A DNA stretch of 17,186 nt, taken from Candidatus Methylomirabilia bacterium. GTDB taxonomy: Bacteria > Methylomirabilota > Methylomirabilia > Rokubacteriales > CSP1-6. Where the stretch lies: contig JBGQHJ010000109.1 in assembly GCA_041497895.1 (NCBI GenBank), positions 1 through 17,186 of the forward strand, given 5' to 3'. Below the pieces are notes generated by a model. The model searched no databases and was not told the origin of the DNA. It worked only from the letters and a program-made list of their open reading frames with translations. Shown here piece after piece: positions 7,141-16,400 of this stretch. The first letter of the stretch is position 1; the number at the start of each line of letters is the position of its first letter. The position numbers and the translations under genes were made by a program.

Positions 7141-7863
7141 GTGAAGCGCTACGCGAGCCGCGACGGCCGGGTCCGTCTGCTGGTGGGCGACAGCCGGCGG
7201 CTGACCGACGTCCCGACCGGCAGCGTGGGGTGCATCCTGACCTCGCCGCCCTACTGGGTGCGCGGGCGGGGCCGCGAGCGGGCCGAGCGGTACGCGCGCG
7301 AGCTCGCCACCGGGTTCGGCCGGGAATGGCGCCGGGTCCTCGCCGACCACGGCGACCTCTGGCTCGTCATCGGCGACCGCCACGACGGCCTCGAGTGGAT
7401 CGGCATCGACGGCCTGGTGACCCGCTGGCTCCGGCGCGTCGGGTTTCGCCTCCAGGCGAAGGGACTGTGGGCCCAGGTGCGCTCGCGCGAGCGCTGGGAC
7501 AACCGGGTGAACTACCTGCTCCGGTACCGCAAGGCGGGGCACCCCGTCCGCCCGGGCGGCGCCACCCTCTGCTTCATGCTGCCGCTGCCGCGGTCGCACC
7601 CGGACAGCCTGTGGGACGCCACGCCGGACCCGGTGCTGCGCGAGCTCCTGACGCTCTCCGCGCGGCGGGGTGCCGTTCTCGACCCGTTCGCGGGGGCGGG
7701 CACGGTGGGCCGCATCGCGGTCGCGCTCGGGCGCGAGTGGATCGGGGTGGAGCGCGATCCCCACATGGCCGGGGTGGCCGCTCGGCGGCTCCGGCTGCGG
7801 CCGGTCAGTCCTTCGCGGCCTGGAGCGTCAGCGGGTGGCCCTCGCGCAGGACGACCACGCTGA
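7141..7863 (+). CDS. Orphan beta-class N4-cytosine/N6-adenine DNA methyltransferase-like protein
   Basis: Motif IV TSPPY lies near the N-terminus, ahead of motif I VLDPFAGAGT and REWIGVE (beta order). Confidence 0.8.
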   Translation: MKRYASRDGRVRLLVGDSRRLTDVPTGSVGCILTSPPYWVRGRGRERAERYARELATGFGREWRRVLADHGDLWLVIGDRHDGLEWIGIDGLVTRWLRRVGFRLQAKGLWAQVRSRERWDNRVNYLLRYRKAGHPVRPGGATLCFMLPLPRSHPDSLWDATPDPVLRELLTLSARRGAVLDPFAGAGTVGRIAVALGREWIGVERDPHMAGVAARRLRLRPVSPSRPGASAGGPRAGRPR

Positions 7864-8824
7864 TGATCGAACCGGACGGCAGGCTCCGCAGGCGCGCCTG
7901 CAGCGCCTCGTAGGTCTCGGAGCCGATTTCCCGCCCCTGGACGGCCAGGATGATGTCGCCGCCCAGGAGGAACGCCTTGCCCTCGATCGTGGCCGGGATG
8001 ACCCCGGGCCGTAGCCCGACGTGGGCGGCCGGCGAGTCGGCCGCGATCTGCTGCACCATCAGGCCGACCTCCTGGGGCAGGTTGAGCGCGTGGGCGACCC
8101 GCCCGCTGATGATCACGCCGCTCATGCCGCTCCAGAACGAGCGCTGCTCGAGCAGCAGGCGCCGGGCCATGTTGATGGTGACCACGAAGCCCAGTCCCTC
8201 GGAGCCGCCCGACTTGGAGATGTTGTGGCTGGCGATCCCGATGACCTCGCCCGCCATGTTGAACATCGGCCCGCCCGAGTTGCCCGGATTGATGGCGGCG
8301 TCGGTCTGGAAGAACTCGGCCAGCGCCATCTCGCTGTACACCGTGTTGGGCTTGTGGCGGGCGGTGATGTAGCCCACGCTGAGGGTGTGGGCGATGCCGT
8401 AGGGCGCGCCGATGATGAAGACCTGGTCGCCGACCTCGGCGCGGTCCGAGTTGCCGAACCGCGCCACCATCGCCTTGCCGGGCAGGCGGTCCAGCTGGAG
8501 CAGGGAGACGTCGGCCTCCGGCTCCGAGGCGATCACGCGCGCGGTCACCGCCTCGCCGCCGAGGAACTCGGCGGTGATCTCGTCGGCGGTCTGCACCACG
8601 TGCGCGGCGGTGATGACCTTGCCGTCGGGCGAGACGAGGACCCCGGAGCCCACCTCGTCGACGCGCCCGACCTGGCCCGATCCTCCCACCTCCTTCCAGC
8701 GTGCGCGGATGATGACGACCGAGGGGTTCACGCGCTTGAAGATCGGCGCGACGCTCTGGGCGGCCGCGGGGGGAACCGGGGTGCCGACCAGCGCGACCAG
8801 CACGAGCACCAGGAGTGGCTTCAT
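7805..8824 (-). CDS. Secreted trypsin-like serine protease with PDZ domain (HtrA/DegP-like, S1C)
   Basis: Signal peptide MKPLLVLVLVALVG...AAA, then GSGVLV, TAAHVV, ADVSLL, QTDAAINPGNSGGP and a single PDZ (SPAAHVGL...GDIILAV). Start at ATG 8824 overlaps the upstream TGA. Confidence 0.92.
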   Translation of the reverse strand: MKPLLVLVLVALVGTPVPPAAAQSVAPIFKRVNPSVVIIRARWKEVGGSGQVGRVDEVGSGVLVSPDGKVITAAHVVQTADEITAEFLGGEAVTARVIASEPEADVSLLQLDRLPGKAMVARFGNSDRAEVGDQVFIIGAPYGIAHTLSVGYITARHKPNTVYSEMALAEFFQTDAAINPGNSGGPMFNMAGEVIGIASHNISKSGGSEGLGFVVTINMARRLLLEQRSFWSGMSGVIISGRVAHALNLPQEVGLMVQQIAADSPAAHVGLRPGVIPATIEGKAFLLGGDIILAVQGREIGSETYEALQARLRSLPSGSIISVVVLREGHPLTLQAAKD

Positions 8825-10056
8825 GCCGAACCTCCGAGTAGGGAGTGAACGAGCTGGCGGAGCGAGGCCTCGTCGAAGGCGGTGGCCTGGCGGACGGGCG
8901 CGCTCGCCTCGGTCTTGAGACCGGTCTCGCTCAGGATCACGCAGATGGTGGCGTCGGGGTCGAGGGCCTTCGCGACCAGGAGCTTCCGTAGCACCGCCAG
9001 GGCCGCGACCCCGGTCGGGCCGGCCCAGACGCCCTCGGTCCGGGCGAGCAGCCGCTGCGTCTCCAGGATCTCCTCGTCCTCCGCGTCGCCGGCCAGGCCA
9101 CCCTGCTCCCGCAGGATGCGCAGGACCCACTCGCCCTTGCGACCCGGGTTGCCGGCGGCGAGGCCCTCGGCCACCGTGTAGCCGATCTTCACCGGGGCCA
9201 GCGGGCGCTCCTCGCGCCACGCCCGCGCGATCGCGTCGGCCCGGCTCGCCTGGGCGGCCACCATGCGGGGACGCCGCGGGATCCAGCCCAGGCGCTCCAT
9301 CTCCACGAAGCCGCGGTGCGCGGCGATGAAGGTCTCGCCGACCGCCGCGGGCGCCACCACCACGTCGGGCGCCCGCCAGCCCGACTGCTCGGCGATCTCG
9401 TAGGCGAGCGTCTTCTTGCCCTCGTGCTTGTAGGCGTTGCGGGACGCCCCGCAGTCGAAGAAGAGCCGGTCCTCGACGAGGCGGTCCCAGAGGCCGATGA
9501 GGTCGTCGTACACCCCTTCGTAGAGGACCAGATCGGTGGCGGTGGCCGCCATGTGCAGGAGCTTGGGCGCGGAGGTGCGCGCGTAGGCGAAGATCAGCGA
9601 GCGCAGGCCCGCGCGCGCGGAGTAGGCGGCGATCGAGGAGCCCGCGTTGCCCGAGCTGACCACCGACGTGGCCCGGAAGCCGAACTGGAGCGCGGCCGCC
9701 ACCGCGGTGGGCGAGGAGCGGTCCTTCACGGTCCCGGTGGGATTGGAGCCCTCGAACTTGACCTGGAGCCGCCGCACCCCGAGGGCGCGCCCGAGGGTGG
9801 GGCAGTCGAGCAGCGGGCTCTCGCCTTCTCCGAGCGTCACCCGGTGGGCCGGATCGGCGATCGGCAGCACCGGAGCGTAGCGCCAGAGCCCGCGCCCCGC
9901 GAAGACGGCGGGGCCGGCCCGCCGCAGGGCCTCCCAGTCGTAGGAGAGCTCGAGGAGGCCCCGGCAGGCCGCGCACTCGAGCCGGTAGTCGAGCGCGAAC
10001 TCCGCCCCGCACTCGATGCACCGGAGCGCGGTCGCGAACGAGGCGGGCGGGCTCAC
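8821..10056 (-). CDS. Threonine synthase-like PLP-dependent enzyme (fold type II), divergent
   Basis: CIEC...CAAC zinc ribbon, GLWRY, VTLGEGESPL, NPTGTVKDR (PLP Lys), SSGNAG and EGKKTLAYEI. GTG 10056 overlaps the glycosyltransferase stop (GTGA). Confidence 0.85.
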   Translation of the reverse strand: MSPPASFATALRCIECGAEFALDYRLECAACRGLLELSYDWEALRRAGPAVFAGRGLWRYAPVLPIADPAHRVTLGEGESPLLDCPTLGRALGVRRLQVKFEGSNPTGTVKDRSSPTAVAAALQFGFRATSVVSSGNAGSSIAAYSARAGLRSLIFAYARTSAPKLLHMAATATDLVLYEGVYDDLIGLWDRLVEDRLFFDCGASRNAYKHEGKKTLAYEIAEQSGWRAPDVVVAPAAVGETFIAAHRGFVEMERLGWIPRRPRMVAAQASRADAIARAWREERPLAPVKIGYTVAEGLAAGNPGRKGEWVLRILREQGGLAGDAEDEEILETQRLLARTEGVWAGPTGVAALAVLRKLLVAKALDPDATICVILSETGLKTEASAPVRQATAFDEASLRQLVHSLLGGSA

Positions 10057-11027
10057 CGGAGGATCGCCAGCATCTCCTCGATGCGGTGGCGCAGCGTGTG
10101 CTCGGCGAGTGCCCGCTTGCGTGCGCGCTCCCCGATGTCGCGCGCCTCGTCCGGGTGGGCCAGATAGTAGGCGAGGTGGCGGCGCAGCTCGCCCAGGTCG
10201 TGGTACACGATCGCCTCCTGGCCGGGGGTGAAGAGGCGGGCGAGCTCTTCCTTGGCGTCCACCAGCTGGCAGGCCGCGCTCGCGGCGAGCTCGAAGGCGC
10301 GCGTGTTCACGCCCACGATGTCGTTCATCGGATGGTGGTGGTTCAAGGACAGCGTCGAGCCCGAGTACACCGCGAGCTTGGCGCGTCCGAACACCGGCCC
10401 GCCCGCGACCATCCGGCGGATCTCGGGCGCCTCCACCCGGTCCCAGCCCGCGCCCCACAGGCGCAGCGGCGTGTCGGCCAGCTCGCGCACGAACCGCTCG
10501 CGGTACGCGTAGGCGCTGCCCACGAACGAGAGCGGGGCCGCGTAGCGCCGGGTCTCCTCGGGAGTGAGCTCGATCGGGTGATGCATCTCCGGCACGCAGT
10601 ACATCGGCAGGTAGTGCAGGTTGCGCAGGCCCGCCTGCTCGAGTGCCTGCAGCGCGTAGCGCTCCTTGGTGAAGAAGGCGTCGTAGGCCTCGATGCATTC
10701 GAACGGGATCATCCACAGCGGGTTGTCGGGGAAGAAGTTGAGGAAGCGGGTGTCGATCCGCGCCTTCACCCGGCGGACGAGCCCCGGGGTGACCGGGCCG
10801 CCCTTGATCACCAGCACCAGGTCCGGCCGGTACGCCACGCACGCCCGCTCGAGCCGGCGGAGGATGAAGAGCTGGTAGGTGGCCTTGGTGCTGCGGTTCT
10901 TGTAGAGCGGGTTGTCGCGGCGGTAGGCGAAGGCCCGCGCCTCGTGGCCCATCGCCACGAGCTCGTCGCGGAAGTCCATGCCCATGTGGCCCGGGCGGGC
11001 GAACGGCAGCACGATCAGCCAGCGCAC
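10053..11027 (-). CDS. CgeB-family glycosyltransferase (Glyco_trans_1_2, GT-B)
   Basis: PDLVLVIKG, FFPDNP, LSFVGSAYAYRE, LWGAGW, SLNHH...NTRAFELAASAA and EHTLRHRIE match the CgeB-like pattern. Confidence 0.85.
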   Translation of the reverse strand: MRWLIVLPFARPGHMGMDFRDELVAMGHEARAFAYRRDNPLYKNRSTKATYQLFILRRLERACVAYRPDLVLVIKGGPVTPGLVRRVKARIDTRFLNFFPDNPLWMIPFECIEAYDAFFTKERYALQALEQAGLRNLHYLPMYCVPEMHHPIELTPEETRRYAAPLSFVGSAYAYRERFVRELADTPLRLWGAGWDRVEAPEIRRMVAGGPVFGRAKLAVYSGSTLSLNHHHPMNDIVGVNTRAFELAASAACQLVDAKEELARLFTPGQEAIVYHDLGELRRHLAYYLAHPDEARDIGERARKRALAEHTLRHRIEEMLAILR

Positions 11028-11033
11028 GGGCGA

Positions 11034-11042
11034 AGCGTATCA
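11034..11042 (-). promoter_or_regulatory. Extended -10 TGaTACGCT, probable leaderless promoter of the glycosyltransferase
   Basis: Lies 6 nt before GTG 11027 in a 30-nt gap. No SD. Confidence 0.45.
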
Positions 11043-11057
11043 CACCGACGCCGGCGG

Positions 11058-12047
11058 TCAGGCGAAGGCGGGCCGGACCTCCTTCGCGATCAGCTCGAGC
11101 TCGCGCATGATGTGCCGATGGGGCATGCCTGGGAAGAAGACCCGGCAGATGAGGTGGGTCATGCCGTACTCGGCCACGAAGGGCTTGAGCGCGCGGATCA
11201 CCTGGTCGGGGCCGCCGATGAGGAAGCGGTTCTTCATGAGCGCGTCCAGGTCGGTGGCGATGGAGGCGTCGATGAACGGGTGGCGCCAGCCGCCTGCGTA
11301 CTCCTTCCGGTAGGAGATCATGATGTGCTTCTCGGCCAGCTCGCGCGCCTCGCGGTCGGTGTCGGCGATGATGACGTCGCGGGTGAGCGGCCACTCGGTC
11401 ACCGGCTCGCCCCGTCCCGCCGCACGGCGATTGGCGAGGAACTGCTGCTTGCCGGCCAGGAGCCGGGCCAGGTCCGCGGTGGGGCCGGGCACCCAGTTGT
11501 CGGCCAGGGTCGCCGCGCGCCGCAGCGTGATGTCGCCCCAGCCCCCGATCCAGACCGGCGGGTGGGGACGGCTCACCGGCCGGGGCTCGAGACGGCCGTC
11601 GACCGTGTAGTAGGTGCCGTGGAAGGCGACCCGGTCCTGGGTCCAGAGCGCCTTCATGACCGCGAGCTGCTCCTCGAAGCGGGCGCCCCGCTTCTCGAGC
11701 GCGGCGCCGTAGAGGGCGAACTCGTCGGGCTTGTAGCCGATCGCGATGCCGAGCACGAAGCGGCCGCCCGACATCACGTCGAGCATGGTCGCGTCCTCCG
11801 CGAGCCGCACCGGATGATAGAACGGGGCCACCAGGATGTCGGTGCCGAGCCGCATCCGGGTGGTCCGGGTCGCGAAGCCGGCCAGGACCGGCAGGGGCGA
11901 GGGCCAGTAGTGGTCGGTGACCGAGTGGTGCTCCTCCATCCACACCGAGTCGAACCCGAGATCCTCGGCGCGGACCACCTCCTCGAGCGCGTCGCGGTAG
12001 TAGTGCCCGCCCTCGATGGGGATGAAGCCGACCTGGATCCCCGCCAC
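11058..12047 (-). CDS. LLM-class flavin-dependent oxidoreductase (luciferase-like)
   Basis: AEDLGFDSVWMEEHH, HPVRLAED, LDVMSGGRFVLGIAIGY and PPVWIGG motifs. Confidence 0.93.
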   Translation of the reverse strand: MAGIQVGFIPIEGGHYYRDALEEVVRAEDLGFDSVWMEEHHSVTDHYWPSPLPVLAGFATRTTRMRLGTDILVAPFYHPVRLAEDATMLDVMSGGRFVLGIAIGYKPDEFALYGAALEKRGARFEEQLAVMKALWTQDRVAFHGTYYTVDGRLEPRPVSRPHPPVWIGGWGDITLRRAATLADNWVPGPTADLARLLAGKQQFLANRRAAGRGEPVTEWPLTRDVIIADTDREARELAEKHIMISYRKEYAGGWRHPFIDASIATDLDALMKNRFLIGGPDQVIRALKPFVAEYGMTHLICRVFFPGMPHRHIMRELELIAKEVRPAFA

Positions 12048-12048
12048 C

Positions 12049-12234
12049 CTAGCGGTCGCTCGCGAGCTTGCCGTTCACGCCCCAGTTGGCCTTCTCGACG
12101 TCCTGGAACACGACGTGCACCTGGTCCGCGGTGGTCTTGCCGATCTTGACCATCGCGTCGGTGATGGCGGCCACGATCTCGCGCTTCTGCTGGTCGGTGC
12201 GTCCGGCGTACCACTGGACGGTGATGTTGGGCAT
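12049..12234 (-). CDS. 4-oxalocrotonate tautomerase family protein (61 aa)
   Basis: MPNITVQWYAGRTDQQKREIVAAITDA...HVVFQDVEKANWGVNG with catalytic Pro1 and Arg11. AGGAGG SD at 12240-12245. Confidence 0.92.
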   Translation of the reverse strand: MPNITVQWYAGRTDQQKREIVAAITDAMVKIGKTTADQVHVVFQDVEKANWGVNGKLASDR

Positions 12235-12257
12235 GGAGGCCTCCTGGCTGGTCGAGG

Positions 12258-12605
12258 TTATTTGACCCGCTTCGGGTCGTCGAGCCGCCGCAGGTCGTCG
12301 GGGAAGCTCGAGGTGAACGAGTAGGACTTGACGACCCCGTCGGCGCCGAAGCGCACCGTGAGGTCCTTGCTCGTCTCGGCGGTGGAGTCGCGCTGGCCGT
12401 AGAACCAGCGCCACGTGGGATCGCCGTTGTCGATGCCGATCTGGACCGGATCGCCGAACATGCGCACGAGCCCGTACCGATCGGTCTTGCCCTTCACGAT
12501 CCATCCATCCTCGGGAGACGGGAAGTCGCGGCCGAACTTGACCGAGATGCAGCCGGTCACGAGGACGAGAGCGAGCAGACCGACGAGCCATCCGGACGAA
12601 CGCAT
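12258..12605 (-). CDS. Small outer-membrane lipoprotein, BamE/SmpA_OmlA-like
   Basis: Lipobox VTGC. The pattern GKTDRYGLVRMFGDP...WRWFY...LTVRFGADGVVKSY resembles the SmpA/OmlA fold. Confidence 0.7.
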   Translation of the reverse strand: MRSSGWLVGLLALVLVTGCISVKFGRDFPSPEDGWIVKGKTDRYGLVRMFGDPVQIGIDNGDPTWRWFYGQRDSTAETSKDLTVRFGADGVVKSYSFTSSFPDDLRRLDDPKRVK

Positions 12606-12612
12606 GGCGCGG

Positions 12613-12641
12613 ATTATGGATCAGACCAGACGACCAGTCAA
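12613..12641 (-). promoter_or_regulatory. sigma70 promoter TTGACT-17-CATAAT (leaderless)
   Basis: -35 at 12636-12641 and -10 at 12613-12618, 7 nt before ATG 12605. No SD. Confidence 0.7.
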
Positions 12642-12664
12642 CGAATCGAGAGGTCGCGCGTCGA

Positions 12665-13459
12665 TCAGCCGACGCCGGCGCGCGGCTCGAGCAGGAGTGT
12701 CTGGAGCGAGCGCCCCACCAGGCCGGTCGTGTCCCACAACCGCGCCCGCGTCAGGCCGACGCGGTGGCTCTCCGCGGTCGTCGCCGCGTCGAGACACGTC
12801 CACTCGCCGACCGGGAGACGATGCAGCGCGATCGTCAGGTCCCCGTTCACGAACGTCGCGCGGGCCGGATCGACCGCGACCGCGATGCCGCTCGCCGAAT
12901 CGGCGACGGCGACGAGGCATTCGAGCGGGGTCGGCGTCTCGCCCTCGACGAGCGGAATGCGCAGCCGGAGCCACGCCGCGACCGGCCCTCGTCCCCAGGT
13001 CCCTTTCGCGATCCGCCACTCCACCGCGCGGTGATATCCCTCGTCGCCCGACATGAGCGGCAGCTCGAAGGGCGCGCTCTGCGCGGGAGGCGCCGGGCCC
13101 GCCCACGTCTCGAGCGGGACGGCGACGCGGTTCGAGGCCACCCGCACGACGAGACACGTCGCCTCGATCAGGGCGGCGCCATCCTGCGCGAGGACGGTGC
13201 CCGCGAGGCGGTGGACCTTCGCCCCCGTGCGGACGACGCGGGTGGCGACGGTCAGCGGGGCCAGCGGCACCGGGCGCAGGAAGTCGAAGGTCAGGCGCGC
13301 GACCTGGGCGCCGGGTCCGGCCTTGCGCGCGAACGCGCGGGCGAGGAGCGCGGCCGGGGGGCCGCCGTGCTGATGCCGCGCGCTCCACGGCCCGCGCGCC
13401 GACGGGGAGGGGACGAAGCGGTCGCCGTCGGCGACGAAGAAGGGCGGAGGCTGGCTCAC
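12665..13459 (-). CDS. Acyl-CoA thioesterase-like protein (double hot-dog, TesB-like)
   Basis: ARGPWSARHQHGGPPAALLARA, RLTFDFLRPVP, VADSASG and FVNGDLTIALHRLPVGEW motifs. GTG 13459 overlaps the kinase stop (GTGA). Confidence 0.85.
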   Translation of the reverse strand: MSQPPPFFVADGDRFVPSPSARGPWSARHQHGGPPAALLARAFARKAGPGAQVARLTFDFLRPVPLAPLTVATRVVRTGAKVHRLAGTVLAQDGAALIEATCLVVRVASNRVAVPLETWAGPAPPAQSAPFELPLMSGDEGYHRAVEWRIAKGTWGRGPVAAWLRLRIPLVEGETPTPLECLVAVADSASGIAVAVDPARATFVNGDLTIALHRLPVGEWTCLDAATTAESHRVGLTRARLWDTTGLVGRSLQTLLLEPRAGVG

Positions 13460-16400
13460 GCCTCCTCTACGGGCGAGGCCCCGGGCGGGCCGGCGAGCGG
13501 TAGGGTGAAGGTGAAGGTCGCGCCGCGGCCGACCGTGCTCTCCACCCAGATCCGCCCGCCGTGGAGCGCGACGAACTTGCGCGACAGGGCCAGCCCGAGG
13601 CCGGTGCCCTCCACGCTGCGGCTCGCGGTGCCCACCTGGCGGAACTCCTCGAACACCGCCTCGTGGTCCTCGGGGGCGATGCCGATCCCGGTGTCGGTCA
13701 CCGCGATCTCGACCACGCCGTCCCGCGGGCCGGCGCGCACGTCGATGCGCCCGCCCTCCGGGGTGAACTTCAGCGCGTTGGAGAGCAGGTTGAGGAGCAC
13801 CTGCTTCACCTTGCGCTCGTCGGCGAGGACCGTTCCGAGATCCTCGTCGACCGTGCGCGCGAGGGTGATCCCGCGGCGGGCGGCCCGCTCCCGCATCAGG
13901 ATCAGGACGTTCTCGACGGCGCCGGGCAGGTCGAAGTCGGCGAGGGCCAGCTCCATGCGGCCGGCCTCGATCTTGGAGAGATCCAGGATGTCGTTGATCA
14001 GGGAGAGCAGATGCTGGCCGGAGGCGTAGATGTCCTTGAGGTACTCCTCCTGCTTGTCGCTGAGCTCGCCGAACATCCGCTGGAGCAGCACCTCGGAGAA
14101 CCCGATGACCGCGTTGAGGGGAGTCCGGAGCTCGTGCGACATGTTGGCGAGGAACTCGGACTTGTGGCGGCTCGCCGCCTCGAGCAGCCGGCTCTTGTCC
14201 TCGATCTCGCTGAACAGGCGCGCGTTCTGGATCGCGAGGGCCGACTGGGCGGCGAACGCGCGCAGCAGGTCGACCGTCTCGGCCGGAAACTCGCCGGGAC
14301 GGTTGCGCGTCACCGTGATGCATCCGACGAGCCGGTCGTGATGGGCCATCGGCATGGCCAGGACGGCCCGGATGCCGGAGGCGATCAGGTTCTCGCGCAC
14401 CCGGCTTTCGTAGGCGCCCGGGGCCGTGATGTCGGGCACCTGCACGGGCTCCCGGGTGACCGCGGTCCGTCCGATCGCGCCCTCGCCCTTCGCGATCCGG
14501 AGGCTGCGCCGGGCCGCCGCGAGGGCGCCGCCGGTCTCGGCGGCGGCCCGGTGGACGAACTCCTCGACGGCCTCGTCGTACTCGAAGACCACCCCTCCGT
14601 CGAGACCGGAGAGCTCGACCGCGCGGGAGACGATGGTGGTCAGCACGGTCGCGAGGTCGAGGGTGGAGCCGACCGCGCGGCCGACCTCGCCCAGCGCGGT
14701 GAGCTGCTCGACCGACCGGGTCAGGTCGGCGGTCCGGGCCTCCAGCTCCTTGAACAGCCGGACGTTCTCGATCGCGATCACCGCCTGGTCCGCGAAGGTG
14801 TGCAGCAGGGCGACCTGCTTGTCGGTGAATGGCCTCACCTCGCCGCGGCGGAGCTGGAGGGTGCCGATCGCGGCCCCCTCGCGCATCATCGGCACGGTCA
14901 GCGAGGTCCGGAAGCCGAGCCGTCGGGCAAAGTCTGCCGTGCGGGGGAACTCCGTGGCCGCGGCGAGGATGTCCGGCACGTGGATCGCGCGTCGCTCCAG
15001 CACGCAGCGGCCGAACATGGTCTCGGGCACGATCGGGATCACCCGCCCCATCGGGGAGGCGAGCGGACCGTGATGGGCCACCAGACGGAGGCCGTCGCCG
15101 TCGCGCTGCCAGATCTGCGCGTCGTGGGCGCCGCAGTAACGGGCCGCGCTCTCCACCACCGTGCCGAGCACCGGCTGCAGATCCGCGGGCGAGCTGCTGA
15201 TCACGCGCAGGATCTCGGCGGTGGCGGTCTGCTGGGTGAGGCTGTCGGTCAGCTCCCGGTTGCGGGTCTCGAGCTCGGTGAAGAGGCGGGTGTTCTCGAT
15301 CGCGATCACCGCTTGGTCCGCGAAGGTCTGGAGCAGGGCGACCTGGTTGTCCGAGAACGCCCTCACCTCACGCCGCCACATCGCGAGGATGCCGATCGGC
15401 CGGTCGTCGCGGAGGAGGGGAACCGCGAGAACGGTGCGGTACCCGAGCGCGTCCTGGACCGAGGCCACCCCGTAGTCCGGGTCCTCCCGCACGTCGACGA
15501 TGTGGACGACGCGCGCGTCCACCACCGCGCGGCCGACCGCGGTGTCGCGCGCGGCGGGTCGCGGGAAGACCCGCCGGCTGGTCTCGAGCTCGATCTCGGT
15601 GAGTCGGTGGTGGGCCCCCAGGGTGATGAGCTGCCCGTCGAAGCGGTAGAAGGTCCCGAACGCCGCCCCGCAGAGGCTGGTGGCGCTCCGGATGATGGTG
15701 TCGAACACCGGCTGCGCGTCGGTCTGGGCCCGCGCGATGGTGTTCAGGATCTCGCTGGTCGCGGTCTGCTGCTCCAGCGCCTCGGTGACCCGCCCGTGAG
15801 CCTCGGTCAGGGCCCGATTCTTCTCCTGCAGCTCGGTGAAGAGGCGGACGTTCTCGATCGCGATCACCGCCTGGTCCGCGAAGGTCTGGAGCAGGGTGAT
15901 CTGCTTGTCGGTGAACGGGCTCATCTCGGCGCGCCGGAGCTGGATGACCCCGATCGGGGTGCCCTCCCGCACGAGCGGCACGCTCAGCGTGGTGCGGAAG
16001 CCGAAGGTCCGCGCGTTCGCGCTGGCCTCGGGGAACTCGTCGGTCTCCGCCTGGAGATCCGCGACGTGGATGGTCTGCCGCTCGAGCACGGTGCGGCCAC
16101 CGACCGAGCCGCGCGCGAGTGGGAGCTGGAAGTCGGGCGGCTGGTGCACCGGGCCGTGGTGCGCGTCGCCGCGCAGTCGGTCGCCGTCGAGCCGGAACAA
16201 GGAGGCGTCGGTGGCGCCGCAGAAGCGGGCGGCGCTCTCGACCACCGCGTCCAGCACCGGCTGCAGATCGGTCGGGGAGGCGCTGATCACGTTCAGGATG
16301 TTGGCGGTGGCGGTCTGCTGCTCGAGCGCCTGGCTCAGCGTCTGGTTGCGGGCCTGCAGCTCCGTGTACAGGCGCACATTTTCTATCGCGATGACCGCCT

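Noticed and set aside
7141..7863. Restriction-modification system or prophage remnant
   Set aside because: No nuclease, integrase or phage gene nearby. Both neighbours are envelope housekeeping-type genes.
7805..10021. 738-aa ORF suggesting a long protease
   Set aside because: The N-terminal part is an alternative frame of the ThrC-like gene. The signal peptide starts at 8824.
8821..11943. 1040-aa ORF suggesting a giant ThrC fusion
   Set aside because: The first 629 codons are off-frame Arg/Pro/Gly-rich readthrough of the LLM and GT genes. The real gene starts at GTG 10056.
12665..13459. Thioesterase as the ybgC of the tol-pal locus
   Set aside because: It is a double hot-dog TesB-like protein, 6.5 kb away in another transcription unit. 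YbgC is a small single hot-dog protein directly upstream of tolQ.
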